From a virus (Duplodnaviria > Caudoviricetes), in IMG/VR virus record IMGVR_UViG_2906610324_000001, positions 1-64,000 of that record: 64,000 bases of DNA. One strand, given 5' to 3'. Of this stretch, positions 17,204-27,396 are shown piece by piece (positions within the stretch are counted from its first letter, which is position 1; each line of letters starts with the position of its first letter). The notes under the pieces were generated by a model. It worked only from the letters and a program-made list of their open reading frames with translations, had not been told where the DNA came from and did not search any database. Both the position numbers and the translations under genes were made by a program.

Positions 17204-18717
17204 CGGGCGATGATCTCCTCGACCTTCTTGTTGCAGGCCGCGACATCGATCGAGCCAGTCAGGCGCTCGGTATGAACCGCAAGAATGGACTTGGCCTTCG
17301 GGTGGCTGGCCTCGTCGAACGCCGCGTCCTTGCCGTTCTTCTCGTACCAGGCGAGCGACATCTTCCCGAGTTTGGGCGGGCCGCCGTTCTCGATGGTGGC
17401 GAGAGCCTTGTGGTAGGAGCGAAGCTGATCGGGAGCGGACGCGATGCCATTGCCACGGGTCGCGCCCGCTCCGTCTGCCGCCGAGCCCTGGGGGAGACTC
17501 GGCTGCGGTTTGCCGTCCTGGGCGGAGGTTGGGCCGGACAGCAAATCAGGTTGGGACGAGCCACTGGCGGTGCGCTCCTGGCTCGTCCCTTCATCGGCGG
17601 GGGCTGGCGTCGCCGACGTCTGCGCCGTGGTGGCCGCGCTGGCCGATCCGGCCGCAGGTTGATGTCCTGCCGCATGGCCAGATGGATGCGCTGCCTCCGC
17701 CGCGGCGGATTTCGTGGCTGGCTTCTCACCGGCCTGGCTGCCTTCCTGCGCAGCTGCAGATCGATTTTCGGTCTCGGACGCATCAGCCTGACGCGTCTGA
17801 TCCGCATTCCCGGTCTGGGCTACTTCATTCGCGCCTCCCGTGGTCTGTTGATCGGCGCCGCCGGCGTCCTTCTTCACCAGCGGGTTATAGTCGGGGTCCG
17901 CCTGCGGCGGTTTTTCCTTGGCAAACATCTCTTCGACGGTGGCTTCGCCATTCTTGATCGACATGAACATGCCGCGCAGGGTGGCGATGTGCTCGAGCCT
18001 GATGTCGGCCTCGCCGTTGACGTCGAGAGCCTCGAAGATCTGATCTGGCGTGACGCCATAGGTAGCGAATGCCTTGATGGCCTTGTCTCTGTTCTGGGAA
18101 AGCGTCGCGGTCGTGCCGGCGACGACTTCGCGCGCGGCATGATAGGCAGGCCGATAGACACCGCGCGGGATGCCGGCGAGGATCGCATTACGTTTGGCGA
18201 TCGAGCAGGCGGCGTTCCCAGTCACGGTAATCATGTCTTCGGAGAACAGGTTGCCTGTTGACGTCGAGATCCTGCGCCGGACCGTCGCGGTCGACGCCAT
18301 GTTGGTCTCGAGGTCGTGGAACGTGCCGACGGCCTCGACGTACTTGTCCTTTTTGTTGACCGTGACGACGTGAGCTTCGATCCGGCAGTTGCCCCAGCAT
18401 TGAGCGGCAATCTCCGCAAGCCGAATGCTCGGCCCTTCAATTGCCGCGTTGGCTGTGTCCGCGGAGTCGTTGCCGGCCCGGCTCTGCTGCTTCTTCTTAC
18501 GAACAAGCGCGTACAGTGATTCGGCAGCAGTCTCTTCGTCGAGCGTGGCCAGGCTCTTTATGTTGCCGATCGCGCGCGAGACGTTCCGCGGATACATCTT
18601 CGCGGTAGCGATCTGGCCGTCGATCTCGGCGCGCAGCATTGCCGGCATCGCGCTTTCCACCACGACGGCGGGCAGCGTTTGACGTTCTTGGTCGCGCTCG
18701 TCGACAATCATATTCAT
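17200..18717 (-). CDS. Phage recombination-module protein (candidate ssDNA annealing partner of the exonuclease)
   Basis: QIATAKMYPR...IEGPSIRLAE...WGN core plus disordered tail; function inferred from position. Confidence 0.5.
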   Translation of the reverse strand: MNMIVDERDQERQTLPAVVVESAMPAMLRAEIDGQIATAKMYPRNVSRAIGNIKSLATLDEETAAESLYALVRKKKQQSRAGNDSADTANAAIEGPSIRLAEIAAQCWGNCRIEAHVVTVNKKDKYVEAVGTFHDLETNMASTATVRRRISTSTGNLFSEDMITVTGNAACSIAKRNAILAGIPRGVYRPAYHAAREVVAGTTATLSQNRDKAIKAFATYGVTPDQIFEALDVNGEADIRLEHIATLRGMFMSIKNGEATVEEMFAKEKPPQADPDYNPLVKKDAGGADQQTTGGANEVAQTGNADQTRQADASETENRSAAAQEGSQAGEKPATKSAAAEAAHPSGHAAGHQPAAGSASAATTAQTSATPAPADEGTSQERTASGSSQPDLLSGPTSAQDGKPQPSLPQGSAADGAGATRGNGIASAPDQLRSYHKALATIENGGPPKLGKMSLAWYEKNGKDAAFDEASHPKAKSILAVHTERLTGSIDVAACNKKVEEIIAR

Positions 18718-18734
18718 CGTCAGTCCTCAGTGGT

Positions 18735-19847
18735 TCAGGTGAAAGCCCAGGACGGGAAATCGGTATCGCCCCAGACCTCGGCCGGGAGCTCCGGCACCCA
18801 GTCTTGGTCAAGTCCGAATTTATCGACGTAGAGGCGGTAGTTCTTGATGGCGTCGTCGATATCGACAGCGGCTTGGCGGAAGATCATGCTGCCGAGGTCG
18901 AATTCGGCGACGACCGGTTGCGGCGCACCGGATGCTTTGATCAGCACCCAGACCCACTTCAGCGCCTCGACCGAATGGGGATCGCGCTCGGCTACGGCTA
19001 GAGCAGCAAACACGGACTCGAGGAATTCAGGCGGGTAAGGGCAATTGTAAACTTTGCCCTCGGCGTAGAGTTTAGCGGCGATCTTCAGCGCGCGGATATA
19101 CGCCGCGGCCTGAAGGTCGTACCTCATGCGCGAGATCGCCTTCTTCGCCGCCTCCCGTAGCCGCTCCTGCAAGAACGGTCGGAAGGATTTCAAGTCGACG
19201 ACGGCATGCGAGAGGAGGTGGTCGATACGAGCTTTCAGCCGGACGCCGTTCTCTTCGTAGAAGATAGAGACTTCGGACGCGCCGGCGGTGAAGGTGCCGT
19301 CCTCCATGACGGGCGCCAGCTTCGGCTCCCGCTGCATCCACTGCACGGCACGCTCGATGTGCTCGATAGCTTCCCGCGGAATGATGGTCTTGCCGGCGTG
19401 CTCGGTTTCGAACCGCGCCATGATCTCGTCCCAGATCGGGATGGTTTGATCAAACTCGCGGATGGCGGTGGCGACCAAAGCCTTGGTGTTGCCGACCTTG
19501 GTCAGGCCGAGCTTCTTGGCGTGCTCGCGCAGGTGATCCATTGTCACGAGCGCATTGGAATAGTCGGCCAGGGATGGAGCGATCGGGAAGCGCTCGCACA
19601 GGAACTGCTTTCCCTCGAGCGCGCGGCAGTGGATCGCGCGGCCCCATTTCAGCTGGAACGTCTCTTTCTGCTCGGCGCCGTGCAGGCGGCTGTGCTGGTA
19701 CTCAATCGGATCGATGACGAGCTCTTTCAGCTTCGTGGATCCGAGGGATTCGTCCGCGTGGTACTGATCCTCCGGCACACCGAAGTGAATGCCTGGCTCG
19801 AAGCGGGTCACGTTGTCGCCGATCGGCGCCGTAACGAGAGCGCTCAT
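18735..19847 (-). CDS. PD-(D/E)XK exonuclease, RecE/ExoVIII-like (DUF3799)
   Basis: YHAD..LGST, GRAIH, EVS, KARID, VDLKS, YDLQAAAY. Confidence 0.85.
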   Translation of the reverse strand: MSALVTAPIGDNVTRFEPGIHFGVPEDQYHADESLGSTKLKELVIDPIEYQHSRLHGAEQKETFQLKWGRAIHCRALEGKQFLCERFPIAPSLADYSNALVTMDHLREHAKKLGLTKVGNTKALVATAIREFDQTIPIWDEIMARFETEHAGKTIIPREAIEHIERAVQWMQREPKLAPVMEDGTFTAGASEVSIFYEENGVRLKARIDHLLSHAVVDLKSFRPFLQERLREAAKKAISRMRYDLQAAAYIRALKIAAKLYAEGKVYNCPYPPEFLESVFAALAVAERDPHSVEALKWVWVLIKASGAPQPVVAEFDLGSMIFRQAAVDIDDAIKNYRLYVDKFGLDQDWVPELPAEVWGDTDFPSWAFT

Positions 19848-20182
19848 GACCGCCCCCCGACGACCTTCGCCGACCTGGCTGCCATCCATTCCTTGACGTC
19901 GGTCCGAGCTCCGTCGCGGATCCACGCCTCAACTTCGGAGACTGACATCGTGATCTCTGCGCCGGAATGCTTCTTGGCGATATGCACCAGGACGACAAGC
20001 GCGAAGATCGTGGCCAGCATCTCAACGATAAACGAGCCGCCGAGGTATAGACGCGAGACCGCAATTGATCCGATCAGAAGCACCCAAAAGAGGATCTGAC
20101 AGAGTAGGTTGAGGACGCGATTTGACGGCCTCGTCTCGACGTGAATTTCGACCTTGGTGAGGGGCACGCTGGAATCTCGCAA
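19844..20182 (-). CDS. Small two-TM membrane protein
   Basis: Two hydrophobic segments. Confidence 0.6.
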   Translation of the reverse strand: MRDSSVPLTKVEIHVETRPSNRVLNLLCQILFWVLLIGSIAVSRLYLGGSFIVEMLATIFALVVLVHIAKKHSGAEITMSVSEVEAWIRDGARTDVKEWMAARSAKVVGGRS

Positions 20183-20254
20183 TCAGGAATGGCCTTGAAA
20201 GGGGCCGCGCGAGATGAAACCCGCGCGGCAAGTTGGGGAGGAACCGTCCGCCGG

Positions 20255-20740
20255 TCAGGCCGACGAGCCGCCGCCCGGCGGCGTCGCGTCGGGGGCGGTC
20301 ACAGCCGGCGTATCGATGACCGGCGGCGTGACGTCGGGCGGCGTGTCGACGACGGGCGTCGAAGCCGGCGGGGTCGGAACGGTCGTCGCGGCCGGAATCG
20401 ACGCGGTGAGCGCCGCGGCGGACACCGCCATCTGCGATGTGATGTTGCCGATGTTCGCGATCGACTGGGTGATGCGCGCGACGTCGACGGTCGGCTTCGA
20501 GGCGGCGTCGCGGATGAACGCGAGTTCGGCTTGGACTGCCGTATTCAAACTCACGTAACCGCTCGCAAGTGCGGACACGGATTTGTCGAGATCGTCTTCG
20601 ATGGCCATGATCTGGTCCTCTTTGGTCAAAATTCGCTCCTGCATGTGCTTCAGTTGCAGCGCCCAGGGCGGAGCAGAATCCCAGGGCGAAGAGCGGGATG
20701 GGCGGAAGAAACGGAGAAGGCTATCGAACATGGCGATCAC
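20255..20740 (-). CDS. Hypothetical protein with a Pro/Thr-rich tail
   Basis: Coupled to the ATPase stop. Confidence 0.6.
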   Translation of the reverse strand: MIAMFDSLLRFFRPSRSSPWDSAPPWALQLKHMQERILTKEDQIMAIEDDLDKSVSALASGYVSLNTAVQAELAFIRDAASKPTVDVARITQSIANIGNITSQMAVSAAALTASIPAATTVPTPPASTPVVDTPPDVTPPVIDTPAVTAPDATPPGGGSSA

Positions 20741-22089
20741 TCCGCGGCTTGCTGGGTCGCGCCGCGAACGTGACCATCCTCGATCACCACTGCGGTCGGC
20801 CGGTTTGAATTGACGGTCTCGGCGATGACGAGCAGATCCTGCTCGTCGGCGAGCCGAGCGAGAGCCGCCCAGGACTCGTCATCCAGCAGCGCGGCATGCT
20901 TGGTCGTCAGGAAGCGGAGCCGCGGCTGCAGCTTCATCGCGATCGCGACGGCGAGACTGAGCTTCTGTGCCTGGCTGGCCTGTGCGAGCGGGTGGCCATC
21001 CAGCAGGATGACGCCGTCGCCGAACGTCAAGCCTGGCACCGGCATCTCGGCGCGCGCAACCGCCTGCTGCTTCTCAGTCTCGCGGGCGGCGATCGCCTTG
21101 CTCAGTGCATCGGACTTCGCCTCGAGGTCCGCGGCCTCGCTGGCCAAGCGTTCCTTCTCGGTTCGAGCGCGGGCTGCCGCTGCCACCTTGGCGTTGATGT
21201 CGCGCGCTGCCGTGATCTGAGTCTGCAGATCGTTCGTGTCGACGGACGGCGGCTCATCACCGGCCTCGCTGATCTCGAGGCGCAGTTCGCTTGCCACGGT
21301 TTCGGCCAGGTCGGCCTGCTCGGTCAGCTTTGCGATCTCGGATCGGAGTTCGCTGATCCGACGCCGGGCGGCATCCGCCATGGTGTCGTGCTGTTCCGCC
21401 TGCGCCCTGCGCCCGGCTAGAGCCGCACGGAAACGCTGCACGGCGCCGTTCTTGTCGGCGGCCTGGGCGAGTTCCTGCACCAATGCGGCTTCGTCCACCG
21501 TCGCGGTTGGCGCGGTCTCGTCGATGACGATGGCATCAGCGCGCGTCCGCAGCGCCTTTGCGTCGCGGTTGACGCGCGTCCGCTCGTCGAAGTCTGTATC
21601 GTTGGCCTTCGCGATGGCCTCGAAATCGACGCCGGCAACGAAGGTCTTGAGAAGGTCAAACTGCTCTTTCGGCTTCTTGTTGATGAAGTCGAGGGGATCG
21701 CAGCTGAGGGCGCCGATCAACGTGTTCAGGATTTGCTGCGGCTTATCTGACCGGAAGCCGTCCTCGTTTTCTATCGTGAGGCTGGTCGACCAGTCGCCGT
21801 CATCTTTCTTCTTGATCCGGCGGGTGATGCGATACTTCAGGCCAGTGGCATCGCCGATATCGACGATGACCGTGCCCATCTTGGCATCGTCGTGCACGGG
21901 ATCCGCTGGGATCATCTTCTCACCGCCGAGCGCGGCCCAAAGTGCGTCGATGACGCTGCTCTTTCCTTGGCGGTTGCGTCCGGTGAGTTCGAGGATGTTC
22001 CCGTCTGGCTTGATGCGAACCGCGCGGACACGCAGCATGTTCTCGACATCGAGCGAAAGGATCTTGAGTGGTGTTGCCTGAGCGGTCAT
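20737..22089 (-). CDS. SMC/Rad50-like AAA ATPase with coiled coil
   Basis: GRNRQGKSS Walker A, long coiled coil, ASQAQ signature-like motif. Confidence 0.8.
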   Translation of the reverse strand: MTAQATPLKILSLDVENMLRVRAVRIKPDGNILELTGRNRQGKSSVIDALWAALGGEKMIPADPVHDDAKMGTVIVDIGDATGLKYRITRRIKKKDDGDWSTSLTIENEDGFRSDKPQQILNTLIGALSCDPLDFINKKPKEQFDLLKTFVAGVDFEAIAKANDTDFDERTRVNRDAKALRTRADAIVIDETAPTATVDEAALVQELAQAADKNGAVQRFRAALAGRRAQAEQHDTMADAARRRISELRSEIAKLTEQADLAETVASELRLEISEAGDEPPSVDTNDLQTQITAARDINAKVAAAARARTEKERLASEAADLEAKSDALSKAIAARETEKQQAVARAEMPVPGLTFGDGVILLDGHPLAQASQAQKLSLAVAIAMKLQPRLRFLTTKHAALLDDESWAALARLADEQDLLVIAETVNSNRPTAVVIEDGHVRGATQQAAE

Positions 22090-22649
22090 GCGAAACCTAC
22101 GGTGGGAAGCGGGGTTCTGAGGAATTCAGGCTTGCCGGGCGGAAGGCCGGTGCCGTCGTCATCTTGGTCAGCCTGTTTCGGCTCCCGGCGGACGTCGTCG
22201 AGGTTGCGTGACCGTGCCAGCGGGCCGTTCGGCGCTGCGACCACAGTGGGCCGCGGCGCCGTGGTGCCGTCGGTGCGCACCGGTACCGCGCCAATCGGCG
22301 CCCCCGCGGGCGCGTGGCGCGCGACATCGACGGCAGACTCGGCCAGCGACTTCATGCTGTCGCCGACATTGTGAGCTGTCTCGAACAGGCGCTGGGTGTG
22401 GGCCTCGAGGAAGGCATTGCGCTGGAGTAACTGTCGAACTTCGGACCGGCTCGCGGTGAGCTCAGCTAGAAGGTTCGATGCGCGATCATCCGCCTGGTCG
22501 AGCTCGCGCTTCAGCATCTGGATCTGATCGCGCGCCGTGTTCAATTCATCGACATCGGCCTGCCATGCATGGCCGATGGTCTCCATGTTGGCGCCGAGCC
22601 GGGTCAGCACCGATGGATCAAGCTCGACCCGCCGTTCCTGCTCAGCCAT
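22086..22649 (-). CDS. Coiled-coil hypothetical protein
   Basis: ORF within the operon. Confidence 0.6.
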   Translation of the reverse strand: MAEQERRVELDPSVLTRLGANMETIGHAWQADVDELNTARDQIQMLKRELDQADDRASNLLAELTASRSEVRQLLQRNAFLEAHTQRLFETAHNVGDSMKSLAESAVDVARHAPAGAPIGAVPVRTDGTTAPRPTVVAAPNGPLARSRNLDDVRREPKQADQDDDGTGLPPGKPEFLRTPLPTVGFA

Positions 22650-22924
22650 GGCCAACCCCCATCGCTGACGCCGCCGTGACGATGCAGCCGAAGATCATCG
22701 CCGCGATCGCGAGGAACGCCGCAACCTCACGCGCGATTGTTCGCACAGCACTCATCACGAGGTCGGCTCCTTGTTCGGACGATCAGCGACAAAGGCGGCG
22801 CCGACGGGAGCGCCAAGCACCAGGCCGACGAGCAGCCCGATGCCGAAGCCCTCAACCGTGTTGCCGCCGGCGAGCAGGGCAATTACGAAGGCCAGCAGAA
22901 TTAGAATGACCGCGCGCTCCAGCG

Positions 22925-23191
22925 TCATGCCGCCACCGCGCTCAGGTCGATGGGGCCGTCGCGACGCGCGAGTGCGATCGCTGTGGCCAGCCGCGGTTTG
23001 ACCTGGGAATACGGACGGCCTTCGGCCGGCTTCCACAGAATCTGGAAAGCGCGAGCTTCAACTTCGTCCACGGTCCCCTCGAACGTCATGCCGTAGGCGC
23101 GAAGGATCACAGCAAAGGCGCCCGTGAGATCGAGGTCGAAGGTGTCCGGCGTGCACCGGGTCATTCCTGGATGTGCCATGGCTATCCCCAA
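22925..23191 (-). CDS. Hypothetical protein
   Basis: ORF within the operon; start uncertain. Confidence 0.5.
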   Translation of the reverse strand: MGIAMAHPGMTRCTPDTFDLDLTGAFAVILRAYGMTFEGTVDEVEARAFQILWKPAEGRPYSQVKPRLATAIALARRDGPIDLSAVAA

Positions 23192-23406
23192 TCCTGATTT
23201 TCGGCGGCGAGGGCGGTGTCGAGGCGGTCATCGGCGGCCACGTCCTCGGGGGTCTCGTGCCGGAATCCAAATTCTTCGGGGTTCGCCATCAGCCGCTTGA
23301 CGAAGTTGTCGTACGCGGCTCGCTCCTCCGGCGTCGCCGCGGCGCGTTCCGCCGCCGGCGCGAAGATCAGGCGGGTCCAAGTCGGTGGGAGGGATGCCGT
23401 GATCAT
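23182..23406 (-). CDS. Hypothetical protein
   Basis: Coupled ORF. Confidence 0.55.
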   Translation of the reverse strand: MITASLPPTWTRLIFAPAAERAAATPEERAAYDNFVKRLMANPEEFGFRHETPEDVAADDRLDTALAAENQDWG

Positions 23407-23675
23407 GACTCCCCTCGTTCAACTCGATCGAGGCGGTCCAGCAGGGCTTCGAGGAGCTCGAAGAGGTCATAGGACGGAGCGCATGCTCCGCCATGCAGCG
23501 GAACCGACACCGCGCCGCTCACAATGACGGTCGGCCTGCCAGGTTGCTCTCGTGCCTCGATCGGCTTGACGCCGAGACGCTCGGCAATCTTGGCGACACC
23601 GTGCCAAGGATTGACGGTCTCCGTTTCGAACGCCGCCGGCGTAATGCGCACGATGTATGCTGGGTTCTCCGTCAT
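23403..23675 (-). CDS. Hypothetical protein
   Basis: Coupled ORF. Confidence 0.55.
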   Translation of the reverse strand: MTENPAYIVRITPAAFETETVNPWHGVAKIAERLGVKPIEAREQPGRPTVIVSGAVSVPLHGGACAPSYDLFELLEALLDRLDRVERGES

Positions 23676-23989
23676 GACGGCAGGACCTCCGGCTTTGCTT
23701 CAGCGGCAGGCACCGGGAATTGCAGGATCTTCGCGCACACCTTCGGCGTGGCCGCAGCGTGACGAGCGGCCATCCGCGCGGCCGCACCGACCTGGAGCGC
23801 GCCAAGTCCCTTGTGCGTGTCGATGGCGAGCCCGGCGATCGCCAGGCGCAATTCGTCAGCCGTAGCGCCACCGCGCGCAGCAAGCGCTCTCAGCCGCTCA
23901 ATGGTCTGAATGTGCGCCCGCTCGAGATACCCGGCCCGGAAGGCAAGATCGTCGATGATGGCGGCCGGATCGTGCGAAAGGTCGGTCAT
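23672..23989 (-). CDS. Hypothetical protein (MTDLSHD...)
   Basis: ATGA coupling. Confidence 0.55.
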   Translation of the reverse strand: MTDLSHDPAAIIDDLAFRAGYLERAHIQTIERLRALAARGGATADELRLAIAGLAIDTHKGLGALQVGAAARMAARHAAATPKVCAKILQFPVPAAEAKPEVLPS

Positions 23990-24210
23990 GCGGACCTCTC
24001 CTGGACCGCCTTCGCGATCCTGAACGCATTCGCGGCGTCCTCGGCGCGGCCAGCCGCCTGCAGTGAAGACCCGGCATTGAAAAGGGCGAGCAACAGGTCG
24101 CCGCGGTCGCGGACCGCATCCCAATAGGGGCGAGTGAAAAAGGTCGCGCTGACGACAAAGCCGACCCCGGTGAAGGCAATGGCAGTGCCTACGTAGGCGA
24201 GCTCCGTCAT
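23986..24210 (-). CDS. Small membrane-anchored protein
   Basis: N-terminal hydrophobic helix. Confidence 0.55.
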   Translation of the reverse strand: MTELAYVGTAIAFTGVGFVVSATFFTRPYWDAVRDRGDLLLALFNAGSSLQAAGRAEDAANAFRIAKAVQERSA

Positions 24211-24398
24211 GGCCGGCGCTCCTTGCCGCAGACGTCGCAAGCCAGATGAGCCTCAGTGCAGGCGGGGCAGGGCGGCGCGATGTGACAGGCGCAGTCGCCT
24301 TCGCGGACCAGCACGACGGTACCGTCGCAGCCGCTAACAGGGCAGCGCTGTCCCTCCTGGAGGGCAACCGGATCGCCGTTTGGTGTCGTGATCTGCAA
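24207..24398 (-). CDS. Cys-rich small protein; first gene of the leftward operon
   Basis: TTG start after a GGGAG SD; CPVSGC...CACHIAPPCPAC...CDVC. Confidence 0.6.
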   Translation of the reverse strand: MQITTPNGDPVALQEGQRCPVSGCDGTVVLVREGDCACHIAPPCPACTEAHLACDVCGKERRP

Positions 24399-24416
24399 GA
24401 CAAGTCTCCCGTGGCA

Positions 24417-24475
24417 TCTGGAAGATAATTCCAGAGAAAGAGACGTGTCAATAAAAAACTGGAAATAAATTCCAG
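24417..24475 (-). promoter_or_regulatory. PL-like promoter with two repressor operators
   Basis: TCTGGAA-GATAA-TTCCAGA (24417-24435) and CTGGAA-ATAAA-TTCCAG (24459-24475) flank minus-strand TTGACA (24446-24451) and TATCTT (24422-24427). Confidence 0.8.
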
Positions 24476-24535
24476 ATAAGATTATGACGGCTGGGACAAG
24501 GGGCGGCCGCACGGGCCCACCGCATCGCCGCCGCA

Positions 24536-25432
24536 ATGCCCAGATCGGAGATCTTTGGGGTGAGTTCCCGAGGCTATATCAAGCTCTTTCGGTCACTTTA
24601 CGCGCACGAGTTTTTCAGACCGTCCGCGATGTCGGAGCGGGAAGTCTTCATCTGGATGATCAAGGAAGCGGCGTGGAAGCCGCGGCAGCGCCGGTTCGGA
24701 CAGTTCTTCGTCGACCTCGATCGCGGCGAGCTCGCCGGATCGCTGCGTTTTCTCGCGGAAAACTGGCTATGGAGCGTAGGAGCGGTGAGGGGCTATCTGG
24801 GCCGACTTGAGAGAGAGGGCATGATTAACACACGCTCCGACAAGGGGGTCACCGTCATAACCGTTTGCAACTACGATCATTATCAGGGCGACGACCAAGC
24901 GGATGACACAGTAGACGACAACGTCTCAGCACAGCGTCAGCAAGGTCCCAGCACAGCGTCAGCACACGGCCAGCACAAAACAGAAGAAATAAAAAACTCA
25001 AGAAAGGAAGAAGGGGAAGAACATCTTGCGCCCGTTGCCGGGCGCGAGATGGTCAGCCCCCAAGGCTTCTTTGGCGATGAGCCTCCGACCGAGGAGCAGT
25101 TGCCAAAGCGAAAATCTCGGCAGACAGCCTCGCGACGGACCAAACTGAATCCAGACTGGGCCCTTTTGGAAGCGGGATGGAAGTATGCCCGCGACCGCGG
25201 ATGGAGCGACGACCACATCCGGTTCCAGGCAGAGAAGTTCAAGAACTTCCATACCGGCAGGGGCAACCTGATGGCCGACTGGGATGCCGCATGGCGGACG
25301 TGGGTGGGCAACGATTATGACCGTCGGTCACATCGAGGAGGCGCGCGGTCCGCGCCGAGCCGCGTCGAAACCGCGATCGAGGGCATGATGAGCGGTCTTA
25401 CCGAGGAGGATTTCCATGCGCGATCTCGTTGA
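24536..25432 (+). CDS. Phage replication initiator-like protein
   Basis: GYIKLFR N-terminal wHTH, TVITVCNYDHYQ, C-terminal F..FH....DWDAAWRTW. Confidence 0.78.
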   Translation: MPRSEIFGVSSRGYIKLFRSLYAHEFFRPSAMSEREVFIWMIKEAAWKPRQRRFGQFFVDLDRGELAGSLRFLAENWLWSVGAVRGYLGRLEREGMINTRSDKGVTVITVCNYDHYQGDDQADDTVDDNVSAQRQQGPSTASAHGQHKTEEIKNSRKEEGEEHLAPVAGREMVSPQGFFGDEPPTEEQLPKRKSRQTASRRTKLNPDWALLEAGWKYARDRGWSDDHIRFQAEKFKNFHTGRGNLMADWDAAWRTWVGNDYDRRSHRGGARSAPSRVETAIEGMMSGLTEEDFHARSR

Positions 25433-25931
25433 GAAGCCCCGCGGTTCGCCGCCGGCGCCACCATCATTTTCGCGGCTCGAGCCGGCGCTGCGCGCAATTG
25501 CCGCAGCCCGCGAAGCCGCTGCGTTGGCGGAGGAGCCGAGCGCAGGGCTTCTGGAACAGCTTGACCAAGCAATCGAGGAGCATCGACAGAACCGGGCTGC
25601 GTTCGATCAGGCGTTTGCACCGATACCCAAGGCAGGAGCAGTTGCCTATCTCGGCCTACTGCTGCAAGCATTTCCAAACGGGGGCGTCCAGCACGCCAGC
25701 GCATTCGGCCAATTCATGCGCGATGACGTCATGTCGCTGGATCCGTCGTTCGGCGCTGTTGAGATGGCGTGCCGCAGGTGGCGACAGAAGTCCAGATTTC
25801 TCCCGGCTATCGCCGAGATGATGGTGGAGGTGAGGGCGGCCCGCGACGAACTCGCAGGGGTCGCCCAGTTCGTTGACCGCCTTCCGGCAATCCGCAACGC
25901 GATCGCGGCGAAGCTAGACCGCGTATCATAG
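25416..25931 (+). CDS. Putative helicase loader/inhibitor-like partner of the initiator
   Basis: AVEMACRRW..SRFLPAIAE motif, directly downstream of the initiator. Confidence 0.55.
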   Translation: MRDLVEKPRGSPPAPPSFSRLEPALRAIAAAREAAALAEEPSAGLLEQLDQAIEEHRQNRAAFDQAFAPIPKAGAVAYLGLLLQAFPNGGVQHASAFGQFMRDDVMSLDPSFGAVEMACRRWRQKSRFLPAIAEMMVEVRAARDELAGVAQFVDRLPAIRNAIAAKLDRVS

Positions 25932-26018
25932 ACTGGGACGCCCGCTCTCAGGGGCAAACCAGACATGCGACCTAACGTCAGGGATATCGCCTTGTGACCC
26001 GATCCGGGCTTGGCGGCC

Positions 26019-26052
26019 GTTCGTGAAGCGTTCACGAGTTCTAGGTCCGTTC
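26019..26052. promoter_or_regulatory. Two tandem alphaproteobacterial LexA (SOS) boxes
   Basis: GTTC-GTGAAGC-GTTC (26019-26033) and GTTC-TAGGTCC-GTTC (26038-26052). Confidence 0.55.
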
Positions 26053-26091
26053 TCGCCTCCTCGCTTCCGTTAATCTAGATCGAGAGATCTA

Positions 26092-26939
26092 GGTGGTGTG
26101 GACTCTAAGGATTCCCTTTTAGGCGCAAATCAGATTCAAGACTGCTTTTGGGGAGGCAGTCTTGGGTGTGATGGACCGTTTGGTATTGAGCGACGCGGCT
26201 TGGGAGCGGATGGCGCCGCTGATCATAGGTCGCCCCGACCAGAAGGGCTCCACTGGGCGCGACAATCGGATGTTCGTGGAAGGTGTACTTTGGATTGTTC
26301 GCACGGGCTCTCCCTGGCGTGATCTCCCGGAGGCGTTCGGGGATTGGAACAGCGTGTTCCGGCGCTTCAGTCGATGGAGCATCAAGGGCGTCTGGTGGCG
26401 GATCTTCGAGGCGATGTCCGATGATCCGGACTTCGAATATCTGATCGTCGATTCCACCATCGTCCGGGCGCATCAGCACGCCGCCGGCGCCAAAAAAGGG
26501 GGTCTGAAGATCAGGCGATCGGCCGCTCGCGCGGGGGGCTGAGCACCAAGATACATATGGCCGTTCGTGGCTTGGGATGTCCCGTACGGTTCGCGCTGAC
26601 CGCAGGCCAGCAGGGCGATGCACCGCAAGCTGCCGCATTGATCGAGGGACTACCTGCCGAGGTCGTCATGGCCGATACGGCCTATGACGCCGATCATTTG
26701 CGCCAAGCCATCGCCGCCAAGGGCGCGCTCGCCGTCATCCCCAACAACCCGTCACGCGCACTCAAATACCCGCTGGACAAGCACCTCTATGCCCAGCGTC
26801 ACCTCGTCGAATGCTGCTTCTCAAAGCTCAAGCAGTTCCGCCGCGTCGCAACCCGCTTCGAAAAGACCGCCCGAAATTATCGCGCCGTCGTCACTCTCGC
26901 AGCCATCGTCCTTTGGATGCGGTAAGTGTCCACACGACC
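26092..26939 (+). mobile_element. IS5 family (IS427-like) insertion sequence, 848 bp
   Basis: TIRs GGTGGTGTGGACTCTAA / GGTCGTGTGGACACTTA, TA target duplication, two ORFs. Confidence 0.92.
26171..26925 (+). CDS. tnp: IS5 transposase, joined by a -1 frameshift at AAAAAAG (26492-26498)
   Basis: orfA WRDLP..FG.WNSV.RRF, IVDSTIVRAH; orfB ADTAYD, RHLVE..F..LKQFRRVATRFEK. Confidence 0.88.
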
Positions 26940-27180
26940 TAGTCCGACGAGAACAAACAACGAATTTTGGCCTAGTTTGAGTGCAATTGTCCTAAGTCCA
27001 ACCCGAAAAGATCCCGATCTGCTAAGGACGCGTTAATTTACTTTTGGCGTGTGATCCTTTTTGACCAGCTCCGGAACTTCGGAAGTTCCCATACTACGTC
27101 ATCGCCGGCCCACCTCTGGCAACCACCCGGCGACTGAGAGTTCTAACGCTCCCGCCTGATAAAGGCGCGCACATGTTCCC

Positions 27181-27396
27181 CTAGCTCTCCCGCGTCGCGA
27201 CAAGGTCTCGTCTGAGAATGCCGACCCGTTTGTTCAGCGCGTGGCGCAACGCATTGCCCTCACATGCCGTCATCCTGCCAGCAGACCGCTCGGACATACA
27301 GTCCATCATGACCCGTTGAATCTCGACTAGTGTCATACCTTCGATCTGGGCAATGCGCCTCTTAACTGCGGCGCGCAATTGAGTAGTAGTTTTCAT
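27181..27396 (-). CDS. Hypothetical protein
   Basis: 71 aa ORF. Confidence 0.45.
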   Translation of the reverse strand: MKTTTQLRAAVKRRIAQIEGMTLVEIQRVMMDCMSERSAGRMTACEGNALRHALNKRVGILRRDLVATRES

